Positions 7,714 through 15,154 of a stretch of DNA of 15,630 nucleotides are shown here, piece after piece. The stretch is taken from the IMG/VR virus record IMGVR_UViG_2534681702_000002; one strand, 5' to 3'. Below the pieces are notes generated by a model. The model was not told where the DNA came from. It was given only the letters and a program-made list of their open reading frames with translations, and did not search any database. Each line of letters starts with the position of its first letter. Within the stretch, counting starts at the first letter, position 1. Origin of the DNA: a virus. Lineage: Duplodnaviria; Heunggongvirae; Uroviricota; Caudoviricetes. The translations under genes and the position numbers were made by a program.

Positions 7714-8626
7714 TGAAAATCCGACAGCACAAGGATATCAGGCAATTGCTGTAAACACGAATGATGCTTACACCTGCCCGGCAGGTTCTTATACGACGAT
7801 ATCGTGTCTGACGAAAAGTGATAATTCCCGGTGTCGTGCAAGGTTCGGAAAAATGTCTGATAATGGTGCGTTTGTTTTTCATTCAGATGCAGTTCTGGAT
7901 CCTGTTACGGGAAATGTTGTTCATGGAAATAATGTGACGGTGACGGCAGAAAGAGTCGGTGAATGGTGGTTGTTTACCGCCACTCTTTTTGCAGATGCGG
8001 AAATGATAATCAGCTCAAGATTTGAAATCCTGGCGATGCCTGGAATCAGTATTATCCCCAATGGCTCTACGTTAGATATTGCGATGCCTCAGGCGGAGAT
8101 TGGGTCGTACAGGACGTCATTTATCATTACTGAAGGGGCTCCTGGCACTCGCTCCAGCGACATGGTGACAATACCTGTAAGAAACAATATTCACCGATTA
8201 CCATTCAGTGCTCTTGTTGAAGTTAATAAAAACTGGGATATCCCTCCCAGCAAATCACCATTAATCTTTAATGTTAAAGATTATCAGGAAAATGGTCTGT
8301 TCACGCATGGATTCCGTGGTAATAATTTCTCTGATGCCGGTTCTCCTTTTATTTCTATGGGAGGGTGTAATAAATATGTGGCAACAACCCAGAGGAAAAT
8401 CATTTCAGGCTTCCGTTGTGGCGCTGATGGAGATGTTCAGGCCGTATGTAATGGTGAATTATCTGTTGCGGCAAAAACAACATGGACTTCAATTGTTCCA
8501 CGGGCAGTATTGCGAATTGGAGGGCAGGGCACTAATGGGGAGTATCATCTTTTTGGTCATATCCGTAATCTGCGTATCTGGCATAAAGAATTAACTGATG
8601 CGCAAATGGGGGAGAGTATTAAATGA
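7682..8626 (+). CDS. Chimeric ORF (314 aa): C-terminal fragment of a phage fibre / receptor-binding-type protein with a ConA/LamG-like C-terminus; its first 7 codons are terminase-A sequence read out of frame
   Basis: C-terminal ...NGEYHLFGHIRNLRIWHKELTDAQMGESIK resembles the end of LamG/concanavalin-like lectin domains. The ATG at 7682 has no convincing Shine-Dalgarno and sits inside the gpA remnant. Domain call is pattern recognition only. Confidence 0.4.
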   Translation: MRWAATITVINENPTAQGYQAIAVNTNDAYTCPAGSYTTISCLTKSDNSRCRARFGKMSDNGAFVFHSDAVLDPVTGNVVHGNNVTVTAERVGEWWLFTATLFADAEMIISSRFEILAMPGISIIPNGSTLDIAMPQAEIGSYRTSFIITEGAPGTRSSDMVTIPVRNNIHRLPFSALVEVNKNWDIPPSKSPLIFNVKDYQENGLFTHGFRGNNFSDAGSPFISMGGCNKYVATTQRKIISGFRCGADGDVQAVCNGELSVAAKTTWTSIVPRAVLRIGGQGTNGEYHLFGHIRNLRIWHKELTDAQMGESIK

Positions 8627-8904
8627 AAGATTTAACACTCAAATTTGCAGACAGGGCCGACTTTTCGGCCTTTATGGAGAGTATTGGCTATTATGATGAC
8701 GAGTCGATGCAGGATGATATTCTTATTGACGTGATAGGTAACGTGTACAAAGAAACCGGAGAACTGACTGAAGATGGCGAACCGGTATGTGTTAAGGAAG
8801 ACGGATATTTTGTAAACGTGCGCATCATTAATGATGTAAAAAAATCGTCAATATTCGATAAATACGCGGTTGTTGTTGAGCATCAACTTCGTGGCTGGAT
8901 GTGA
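8623..8904 (+). CDS. Hypothetical acidic protein (93 aa)
   Basis: ATG overlaps the stop of the preceding ORF (AAATGA). No recognisable motif. Separated from the next ORF, in the same frame, by one TGA plus 9 nt. Confidence 0.45.
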   Translation: MKDLTLKFADRADFSAFMESIGYYDDESMQDDILIDVIGNVYKETGELTEDGEPVCVKEDGYFVNVRIINDVKKSSIFDKYAVVVEHQLRGWM

Positions 8905-8913
8905 GGGAGACAA

Positions 8914-9618
8914 ATGGCTACATCGACAGTAATTCCAGGAGATATCACCACGCTAAAGGGAGATGTCAGTAAAACTAAGGAAGATATTTCCTCAATTAAC
9001 GGAAAAGTATCAACGCTTCAGACTGATATGACCAGTGCAAAGCAGGATATCAGCACCAGATACACAAAAACTGAAGTTGATAATAAGCTGAAAAACAAAC
9101 TGGAAGTGAACGATCTGGAAAGCGGTCGTTATGGTGGAGATTTTTACCCGTTGACTGGCCGTGAAGCGTTTTATATGTGGGGATTGGGCACGACTACAGC
9201 GGCGGCAAACCTTTATCTTAATCCTGACCCTGCAATTTCGTCTGTACTGCGGTCAACATCGTCTATTCGCTATAAACATTCAGTAGAGACGATAGATTCA
9301 GAGCACGCCGATCTCATTTTCAGGATGCGCCCTGTGTGGTACAGGTCGCAATACGAAAATGACAGGCGTGACTGGGGATTCTACGGATTGATTGCCGAGG
9401 AAGTAGGAGAAATTGCCCCTCAGTTTGTACACTGGCGACCAGCTAACGAAGATGATGCTCCTGAAGCTATTTCCAGCAATGGCCTTGTTGCCGAAGGTGT
9501 AATGTACGAACGTCTGGTTGTTCCACTGATTCACCATATCCAGAAGCTGACTGAAAGAGTTGATGAACTTGAGTCAGAATTAAAGTTGTTATCCGTTTCC
9601 CGAAGCGATATCGGATAA
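8914..9618 (+). CDS. Tail-fibre-like protein (234 aa): N-terminal coiled coil plus C-terminal intramolecular-chaperone (peptidase S74-type) domain
   Basis: GAGGGAG Shine-Dalgarno before the ATG. C-terminal segment ...RMRPVWYRSQ...GFYGLIAEEVGEIAPQFVHW...GVMYERLVVPLIHHIQKLTERVDELESELK fits the conserved pattern of fibre/tailspike auto-cleaving chaperone domains. N-terminal 70 residues are heptad-like (KGDVSKTKEDISSINGKVSTLQTDMTSAKQDIS). Confidence 0.6.
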   Translation: MATSTVIPGDITTLKGDVSKTKEDISSINGKVSTLQTDMTSAKQDISTRYTKTEVDNKLKNKLEVNDLESGRYGGDFYPLTGREAFYMWGLGTTTAAANLYLNPDPAISSVLRSTSSIRYKHSVETIDSEHADLIFRMRPVWYRSQYENDRRDWGFYGLIAEEVGEIAPQFVHWRPANEDDAPEAISSNGLVAEGVMYERLVVPLIHHIQKLTERVDELESELKLLSVSRSDIG

Positions 9619-9628
9619 AGGAGGAGTA

Positions 9629-9922
9629 ATGGATATAACACCTTTCCTTCATGCGCTTTGTGCTGTGGCTGCGCAGCTACTGATTGGTCTTTTTACCGGG
9701 AACTGGGCTTACGGGGCGATAGCCGGTTGTACGTTCTTCATTGCGCGTGAACACACCCAGGCAGAATATCGCTGGATCGAAATGTTCGGGCATGGCAAGC
9801 GAATGAATATGCCGTGGTGGGGCGGTTTTGATACACGTGCATGGGATGTGGCAAGCCTGATGGATTTTGCTGTGCCGGTGGTGGCGTGTCTGCTGGTCTG
9901 GCTGTTGGTTAATCGTGGGTGA
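9629..9922 (+). CDS. Small membrane protein (97 aa) with two predicted transmembrane helices
   Basis: Strong AGGAGG Shine-Dalgarno 6 nt before the ATG. Hydrophobic stretches at about residues 8-32 and 77-94, with a Trp/Arg-rich loop between them. No recognisable family. Confidence 0.55.
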   Translation: MDITPFLHALCAVAAQLLIGLFTGNWAYGAIAGCTFFIAREHTQAEYRWIEMFGHGKRMNMPWWGGFDTRAWDVASLMDFAVPVVACLLVWLLVNRG

Positions 9923-9932
9923 AAAAAGGTGA

Positions 9933-10052
9933 GCTGTATATGCAACGGAGGAAGAAAACTCGTTGCTGGAAGCCTGGAAAAAGTATCGGGTGCTGCTAAA
10001 CCGTGTGGACACTTCCGTAGCACCAGATATCGAGTGGCTTATTCAACCATAA
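9933..10052 (+). pseudogene. tfaX: 3' remnant of a tail-fibre-assembly (Tfa) gene, about 39 codons, no start codon
   Basis: Open frame translates ...[36 protein letters not shown], matching the recalled C-terminus of lambda-type Tfa proteins. Position directly upstream of appY matches K-12 tfaX. Confidence 0.55.
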
Positions 10053-10596
10053 TAAACAGTATGTATATCATAGGTTATTAATTGTGAGTTTTTTCGGTGT
10101 GTTATTTGTTTGTTTGATGTTATGCTTTTGCGCCCCAAAAGGTTGTTTAGATGTATTTTATCAATTGATTTTCAATGTCGTTTAATAAAGAAAAATTAAG
10201 CAAGCTGGATGTTGGTTTTTTGTTAATTGAATGGTTCTAATAATGTTTTTTTACTGTTGTTGAATGTGACTTGATAAGAAATGCAAGTAAAAATGATACT
10301 CTTTTTATTTTAAATTCAAACGGTTGACATATATATAGCAAGAGGTTTCAGGTGCGTTGTAGTGAGTTTATGTTAATAAAAAGTATAGTAAGCGTTGAAA
10401 AATGTAACTTTGAAATACGTTAGAATAAAAACAATATACATATAATAATTTAATCTTAAATGAAATTTATTAAAATTTGCAAACTATAATTTTGTGTATA
10501 AAAATATAAATGCACATCATCCTGATTATGATTGTGTATTTAATTGGTTGTTATTTGACTGCTATCAACTTGTTTTAATTTTATGATAGGTGCAAG

Positions 10597-11339
10597 ATGG
10601 ATTATGTTTGCTCCGTAGTTTTCATCTGTCAATCATTTGATTTAATTATAAACAGGAGAGTTATCTCGTTCAAAAAAAATTCATTGTTTATTGTAAGCGA
10701 CAAAATTAGAAGGGAGTTACCAGTATGCCCCTCTAAACTAAGAATTGTTGATATAGATAAGAAAACATGTTTATCCTTTTTTATCGACGTGAATAATGAG
10801 CTGCCTGGCAAATTTACTCTTGATAAGAATGGCTATATTGCTGAAGAGGAACCTCCATTATCGCTTGTTTTTTCTCTGTTTGAAGGGATTAAAATAGCAG
10901 ACTCACACTCCCTTTGGTTAAAAGAAAGACTATGTATATCCTTACTTGCCATGTTCAAAAAACGCGAAAGTGTAAATTCATTTATACTAACAAATATAAA
11001 TACATTCACCTGTAAAATTACTGGAATAATCAGTTTTAATATTGAGCGGCAATGGCATTTAAAAGATATTGCGGAATTGATTTATACGAGTGAAAGTTTA
11101 ATAAAAAAAGATTAAGGGATGAAGGAACGTCATTTACTGAAATATTGAGAGATACTAGGATGAGGTATGCAAAAAAACTCATAACTTCAAACTCTTATTC
11201 TATCAATGTCGTAGCCCAGAAATGTGGCTATAACAGTACTTCATATTTCATATGTGCATTTAAAGATTATTATGGTGTCACGCCATCTCATTATTTTGAG
11301 AAAATAATCGGCGTCACAGATGGAATAAACAGGTAATGA
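10597..11339 (+). pseudogene. appY: AraC-family regulator AppY, disrupted by a 1-bp frameshift at an A7 run (11103..11109) and by an IS1 insertion 12 nt before its native stop
   Basis: The 172-aa ORF (10597..11115) and the 63-aa ORF (11145..11336) are in different frames, yet together form a continuous AraC-type C-terminal helix-turn-helix domain (...[19 protein letters not shown] / [25 protein letters not shown]...[18 protein letters not shown]). The native last codons (AAA ACA ATT GAC TGA) lie at 12882..12896, beyond the IS1 pair. Confidence 0.85.
11323..11331. repeat. 9-bp target-site duplication GAATAAACA, left copy, of the outer IS1
   Basis: Identical 9-mer immediately flanks both ends of the outer IS1 (11323..11331 and 12876..12884). 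Confidence 0.85.
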
Positions 11340-11378
11340 CTCCAACTTATTGATAGTGTTTTAGGTAGTGACTCCAAC

Positions 11379-11882
11379 TTACTGATAGTGTTTTATGTTC
11401 AGATAATGCCCGATGACCTTGTCATGCAGCTCCACCGATTTTGAGAACGACAGTGACTTCCGTCCCAGCCTTGCCAGATGTTGTCTCAGATTCAGATTAT
11501 GTCGCTCAATGCGCTGAGTGTAACGCTTGCTGATAACGTGCAGCTTTCCCTTCAGGCGTGATTCATACAGCGGCCAGCCATCCGTCATCCATACCACGAC
11601 CTCAAAGGCCGACAGCAGGCTCAGAAGACGCGCCAGTGTGGCCAGAGTGCGTTCACCGAAAACGTGCGCCACAACTGTCCTCCGTATCCTGTCATACGCG
11701 TAAAACAGCCAGCGCTGACGTGATTTAGCACCGACGTAGCCCCACTGTTCGTCCATTTCCGCGCAGACAATCACATCACTGCCCGGTTGTATGCGCGAGG
11801 TTACCGACTGCGGCCTGAGTTTTTTAAGTGACGTAAAACCGTGTTGAGGCCAACGCCCATAATGCGGGCAGTTGCCCGGCAT
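11379..11882 (-). CDS. insB: IS1 InsB reading frame (167 aa), expressed as the InsAB' transposase by -1 frameshifting; inner copy
   Basis: Translation matches IS1 InsB. Overlaps insA in the -1 frame. Identical at protein level to the copy at 14634..15137. Confidence 0.9.
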   Translation of the reverse strand: MPGNCPHYGRWPQHGFTSLKKLRPQSVTSRIQPGSDVIVCAEMDEQWGYVGAKSRQRWLFYAYDRIRRTVVAHVFGERTLATLARLLSLLSAFEVVVWMTDGWPLYESRLKGKLHVISKRYTQRIERHNLNLRQHLARLGRKSLSFSKSVELHDKVIGHYLNIKHYQ

Positions 11883-12076
11883 CCAACGCCATTCATGGCC
11901 ATATCAATGATTTTCTGGTGCGTACCGGGTTGAGAAGCGGTGTAAGTGAACTGCAGTTGCCATGTTTTACGGCAGTGAGAGCAGAGATAGCGCTGATGTC
12001 CGGCGGTGCTTTTGCCGTTACGCACCACCCCGTCAGTAGCTGAACAGGAGGGACAGCTGATAGAAACAGAAGCCAC
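11801..12076 (-). CDS. insA: IS1 InsA (91 aa), inner copy
   Basis: [43 protein letters not shown]... is the zinc-finger plus HTH InsA. The A6C frameshift motif (TTAAAAAAC) lies at its 3' end. Confidence 0.9.
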   Translation of the reverse strand: MASVSISCPSCSATDGVVRNGKSTAGHQRYLCSHCRKTWQLQFTYTASQPGTHQKIIDMAMNGVGCRATARIMGVGLNTVLRHLKNSGRSR

Positions 12077-12104
12077 TGGAGCACCTCAAAAACACCATCA
12101 TACA

Positions 12105-12626
12105 CTAAATCAGTAAGTTGGCAGCATCACCGTGTTTTATGTTCAGATAATGCCCGATGACTTTGTCATGCAGCTCCACCGATTTTGAGAACGACAGCGA
12201 CTTCCGTCCCAGCCGTGCCAGGTGCTGCCTCAGATTCAGGTTATGCCGCTCAATTCGCTGCGTATATCGCTTGCTGATTGCGTGCAGCTTTCCCTTCAGG
12301 CGGGATTCATACAGCGGCCAGCCATCCGTCATCCATATCACCACGTCAAAGGGTGACAGCAGGCTCATAAGACGCCCCAGCGTCGCCATAGTGCGTTCAC
12401 CGAATACGTGCGCAACAACCGTCTTCCGGAGCCTGTCATACGCGTAAAACAGCCAGCGCTGGCGCGATTTAGCCCCGACGTATCCCCACTGTTCGTCCAT
12501 TTCCGCGCAGACGATGACGTCACTGCCCGGCTGTATGCGCGAGGTTACCGACTGCGGCCTGAGTTTTTTAAATGGCGGAAAATCGTGTTGAGGCCAACGC
12601 CCATAATGCGGGCGGTTGCCCGGCAT
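12105..12626 (-). CDS. insB: IS1 InsB reading frame, outer copy; C-terminus altered (…[11 protein letters not shown]) because the ORF runs into the inserted inner IS1
   Basis: About 90% identical to the inner InsB. The last two native codons (YQ) are replaced by read-through into the inner IS1 end, extending the ORF to 173 aa. Confidence 0.8.
   Translation of the reverse strand: MPGNRPHYGRWPQHDFPPFKKLRPQSVTSRIQPGSDVIVCAEMDEQWGYVGAKSRQRWLFYAYDRLRKTVVAHVFGERTMATLGRLMSLLSPFDVVIWMTDGWPLYESRLKGKLHAISKRYTQRIERHNLNLRQHLARLGRKSLSFSKSVELHDKVIGHYLNIKHGDAANLLI
12132..12139. repeat. 8-bp target-site duplication GTGTTTTA, right copy, of the inner IS1 (left copy at 11356..11363)
   Basis: Direct 8-bp repeat, itself part of the outer IS1 sequence, flanking the inner 768-bp element. 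Confidence 0.85.
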
Positions 12627-12820
12627 CCAACGCCATTCATGGCCATATCAATGATTTTCTGGTGCGTACCGGGTTGAGAAGCGGTGTAAGTGAACTGCAG
12701 TTGCCATGTTTTACGGCAGTGAGAGCAGAGATAGCGCTGATGTCCGGCAGTGCTTTTGCCGTTACGCACCACCCCGTCAGTAGCTGAACAGGAGGGACAG
12801 CTGATAGAAACAGAAGCCAC
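12545..12820 (-). CDS. insA: IS1 InsA (91 aa), outer copy
   Basis: InsA-like. Differs from the inner copy at two residues (…GLNTIFRHL versus …GLNTVLRHL). Confidence 0.9.
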   Translation of the reverse strand: MASVSISCPSCSATDGVVRNGKSTAGHQRYLCSHCRKTWQLQFTYTASQPGTHQKIIDMAMNGVGCRATARIMGVGLNTIFRHLKNSGRSR

Positions 12821-12875
12821 TGGAGCACCTCAAAAACACCATCATACACTAAATCAGTAAGTTGGCAGCATCACC

Positions 12876-12884
12876 GAATAAACA
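12876..12884. repeat. 9-bp target-site duplication GAATAAACA, right copy, of the outer IS1; also restores the native appY 3' end
   Basis: Same 9-mer as 11323..11331. Reading across it gives ...GGA ATA AAC AAA ACA ATT GAC TGA (G I N K T I D *). Confidence 0.85.
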
Positions 12885-13103
12885 AAACAATTGACTGATA
12901 ATGTTTATTACAAGTTGTCTACATGTTAATTATAATATTATACAGCGTTTTTTTGATGTGATATTCTGGAACCATTAATTTGTAATTGGGTTGCTGTCGC
13001 CTATTTTATACATGCTATAATTGATGGTTTTCTATGTGATTTAGTTAATAACCTTCTGGGTTTATTTTAAGGGTTAATTGTTACATTGAAATGGCTAGTT
13101 ATT

Positions 13104-13128
13104 CCCCGGGGCGATTTTCACCTCGGGG
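13104..13128 (-). terminator. Possible weak terminator hairpin downstream of ompT
   Basis: CCCCGGGG-cgattttca-CCTCGGGG stem with one G-U pair, about 19 nt beyond the ompT stop. No convincing U-tract on the minus strand. Confidence 0.25.
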
Positions 13129-13146
13129 AAATTTTAGTTGGCGTTC

Positions 13147-14100
13147 TTAAAATGTGTACTTAAGACCAGCAGTAGTGATGAAGTTATAGTTTTCTATACC
13201 TGCTCCATTTTTGCTGTAGTCTGAAGTGTTATTATTGTGATCATAAAGTGAAGTATTACCTTTTTTATTCGTAACCCGATTCCATGCGCCTTCAACATAA
13301 ACTTTTGCGTTAGGTGTGACGTAATAACCTGCATTGACTGCAACAGAATAGTAATTTTGGTCTTTGACCTTACTGCGATAAGTGATTCTTTTTCCCGGGT
13401 CATAGTGTTCATCGTTATCAGATGATTCCACCCAGCCGCTGTATTTAAATGTGCCACCGAGTTCAAAATCTTCATAACGATAACTTCCAGTCAAGCCAAT
13501 GTAGGGCATTTTAAAACGTTGTTTGTAGCCGATTGCTCTTTCTCCATTCGGGAAGGAGCCGATATCATCTCTGAATCCCTCCTCAGAACTGTAGATATAG
13601 GAACCACCTCTGGCTGTAAAGCTATAACGGCTTTCCTGATATCCGGCCATGAGTCCCAGGCGGTAATTGGGTTCGTTGAGGAGCCAACCTTTGATATTCA
13701 GATCAAATTCGTTGGCATAATTGAGTTGTGTATCAGGGTGTCTACTTTCATCCGTCCAGGTTCCGGGGTTACTGGAATCCATCCAGTCCTGATCGACCAT
13801 ATTGCCACCTCGGCTGCCGAGAGTTGTCCAGCCAGCAGCCCCGATAGATATCTGGGGCATCAAATCCCAATTAATTGCACCTTTAATAATTGCAGCGTTA
13901 TTGAATTTCCAATCGAGTTGACTGACTTTTCGGCCTCCTTCTTCGGCTAGATAAACACGCTCTTTTGTTTTTCCGCTCAGAGTTCCAAAACTAATGTCCG
14001 CATTTATGTTGTCAGGAGTAAACGATATAGTCTCGGTAGAAGCAAAAGAGCTGATCGCAATAGGGGTTGTCAGGACTATTCCCAGAAGTTTCGCCCGCAT
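13147..14100 (-). CDS. ompT: Outer-membrane protease OmpT (omptin, protease VII), 317 aa
   Basis: MRAKLLGIVLTTPIAISSFASTETISFTPDNINADISFGTLSGKTKERVYLAEEGGRKVSQLDWKFNNAAIIKGAINWDL... matches recalled OmpT over the full length. Ends with the beta-barrel terminus ...AGLKYTF. Confidence 0.95.
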   Translation of the reverse strand: MRAKLLGIVLTTPIAISSFASTETISFTPDNINADISFGTLSGKTKERVYLAEEGGRKVSQLDWKFNNAAIIKGAINWDLMPQISIGAAGWTTLGSRGGNMVDQDWMDSSNPGTWTDESRHPDTQLNYANEFDLNIKGWLLNEPNYRLGLMAGYQESRYSFTARGGSYIYSSEEGFRDDIGSFPNGERAIGYKQRFKMPYIGLTGSYRYEDFELGGTFKYSGWVESSDNDEHYDPGKRITYRSKVKDQNYYSVAVNAGYYVTPNAKVYVEGAWNRVTNKKGNTSLYDHNNNTSDYSKNGAGIENYNFITTAGLKYTF

Positions 14101-14439
14101 AAAAGTTCTCCATTCAATCGTTTTAATGATTGAATATGTATTTTTTATATCTAACTTAATGAGTCAATTACATATTGCTCCACTGTTTATATTTTGTTTA
14201 GTATTGAATGATTATCACAATGCGCTATCTGTTTTTGGTTTAATTATCTGTTATTGTTTCATATTGCGGTTTTACTGTGTGGTTTTTTTATGCTTTTGTG
14301 GTGCTTTTATCTATTTAAGTGCCATGCCTTTAGAGGCATATAAGCGAAAATAGCATGAGGTTTATCCTCAATTACTATGTTTTTGGTGATGCTGCCAACT
14401 TACTGATTTAGTGTATGATGGTGTTTTTGAGGTGCTCCA

Positions 14440-14715
14440 GTGGCTTCTGTTTCTATCAGCTGTCCCTCCTGTTCAGCTACTGACGGGGTGGTGCGTAACG
14501 GCAAAAGCACCGCCGGACATCAGCGCTATCTCTGCTCTCACTGCCGTAAAACATGGCAACTGCAGTTCACTTACACCGCTTCTCAACCCGGTACGCACCA
14601 GAAAATCATTGATATGGCCATGAATGGCGTTGGATGCCGGGCAACTGCCCGCATTATGGGCGTTGGCCTCAACACGGTTTTACGTCACTTAAAAAACTCA
14701 GGCCGCAGTCGGTAA
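14440..14715 (+). CDS. insA: IS1 InsA (91 aa), third copy
   Basis: Protein identical to InsA of the inner IS1. Confidence 0.9.
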   Translation: MASVSISCPSCSATDGVVRNGKSTAGHQRYLCSHCRKTWQLQFTYTASQPGTHQKIIDMAMNGVGCRATARIMGVGLNTVLRHLKNSGRSR

Positions 14716-15137
14716 CCTCGCGCATACAACCGGGCAGTGATGTGATTGTCTGCGCGGAAATGGACGAACAGTGGGGCTACGTCGGTGCTAAATCACGTCA
14801 GCGCTGGCTGTTTTACGCGTATGACAGGATACGGAGGACAGTTGTGGCGCACGTTTTCGGTGAACGCACTCTGGCCACACTGGCGCGTCTTCTGAGCCTG
14901 CTGTCGGCCTTTGAGGTCGTGGTATGGATGACGGATGGCTGGCCGCTGTATGAATCACGCCTGAAGGGAAAGCTGCACGTTATCAGCAAGCGTTACACTC
15001 AGCGCATTGAGCGACATAATCTGAATCTGAGACAACATCTGGCAAGGCTGGGACGGAAGTCACTGTCGTTCTCAAAATCGGTGGAGCTGCATGACAAGGT
15101 CATCGGGCATTATCTGAACATAAAACACTATCAGTAA
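14634..15137 (+). CDS. insB: IS1 InsB reading frame (167 aa), third copy
   Basis: Protein identical to InsB of the inner IS1. A6C frameshift motif TTAAAAAACTC at about 14690. Confidence 0.9.
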   Translation: MPGNCPHYGRWPQHGFTSLKKLRPQSVTSRIQPGSDVIVCAEMDEQWGYVGAKSRQRWLFYAYDRIRRTVVAHVFGERTLATLARLLSLLSAFEVVVWMTDGWPLYESRLKGKLHVISKRYTQRIERHNLNLRQHLARLGRKSLSFSKSVELHDKVIGHYLNIKHYQ

Positions 15138-15154
15138 GTTGGAGTCACTACCCG

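Larger units (their letters stand above)
11364..12131 (-). mobile_element. IS1 (inner copy, variant isoform), 768 bp, inserted into the outer IS1 with an 8-bp duplication GTGTTTTA
   Basis: Complete IS1 with terminal inverted repeats GGTAGTGACTCCAACTTACTGATAGTG ... CAGTAAGTTGGCAGCATCACC. Flanked by GTGTTTTA at 11356..11363 and 12132..12139. Confidence 0.9.
11332..12875 (-). mobile_element. IS1 (outer copy, canonical isoform) interrupted 32 bp from its end by a second IS1
   Basis: IS1 terminal sequence GGTAATGACTCCAACTTATTGATAGTGTTTTA at 11332..11363, resuming at 12132 and ending ...GTTGGCAGCATCACC at 12875. Total is 768 bp plus 8 bp. Contains insA and an insB whose last codons are altered by the inner insertion. 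Confidence 0.9.
14385..15152 (+). mobile_element. IS1 (third copy, same variant isoform as the inner copy), 768 bp, with no target-site duplication
   Basis: Begins GGTGATGCTGCCAACTTACTG and ends ...AAGTTGGAGTCACTACC. The flanking 9-mers TATGTTTTT (left) and CGTTAGCGG (right) differ. InsA and InsB proteins are identical to the inner copy at 11364..12131. Confidence 0.9.

Noticed and set aside
9677-10023. Two overlapping minus-strand ORFs (111 aa and 104 aa) covering the 97-aa membrane-protein gene and the Tfa remnant
   Set aside because: Pro/Arg/Ser/His-rich translations typical of antisense frames, with no start-signal context. The plus-strand gene has a strong AGGAGG site and the Tfa remnant matches a known protein end.
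10053-10596. AT-rich 540-bp region upstream of appY containing a TTGACA hexamer at 10324..10329; considered as a possible small RNA or regulatory element
   Set aside because: No inverted repeats, conserved structure or ORF with start signals. It looks like an ordinary AT-rich promoter or silenced region for appY, and I cannot place a promoter confidently.
11893-12105. 70-aa ORF ([16 protein letters not shown]...) present in all three IS1 copies, overlapping insA in another frame
   Set aside because: It recurs only because IS1 is repeated. It is an alternative frame within insA and not one of the IS1 genes needed for transposition as I know them.
13519-14353. Plus-strand ORFs of 143 aa and 119 aa overlapping ompT and its upstream region
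   Set aside because: Antisense to or overlapping the well-supported ompT gene and its AT-rich promoter region; translations are low-complexity.
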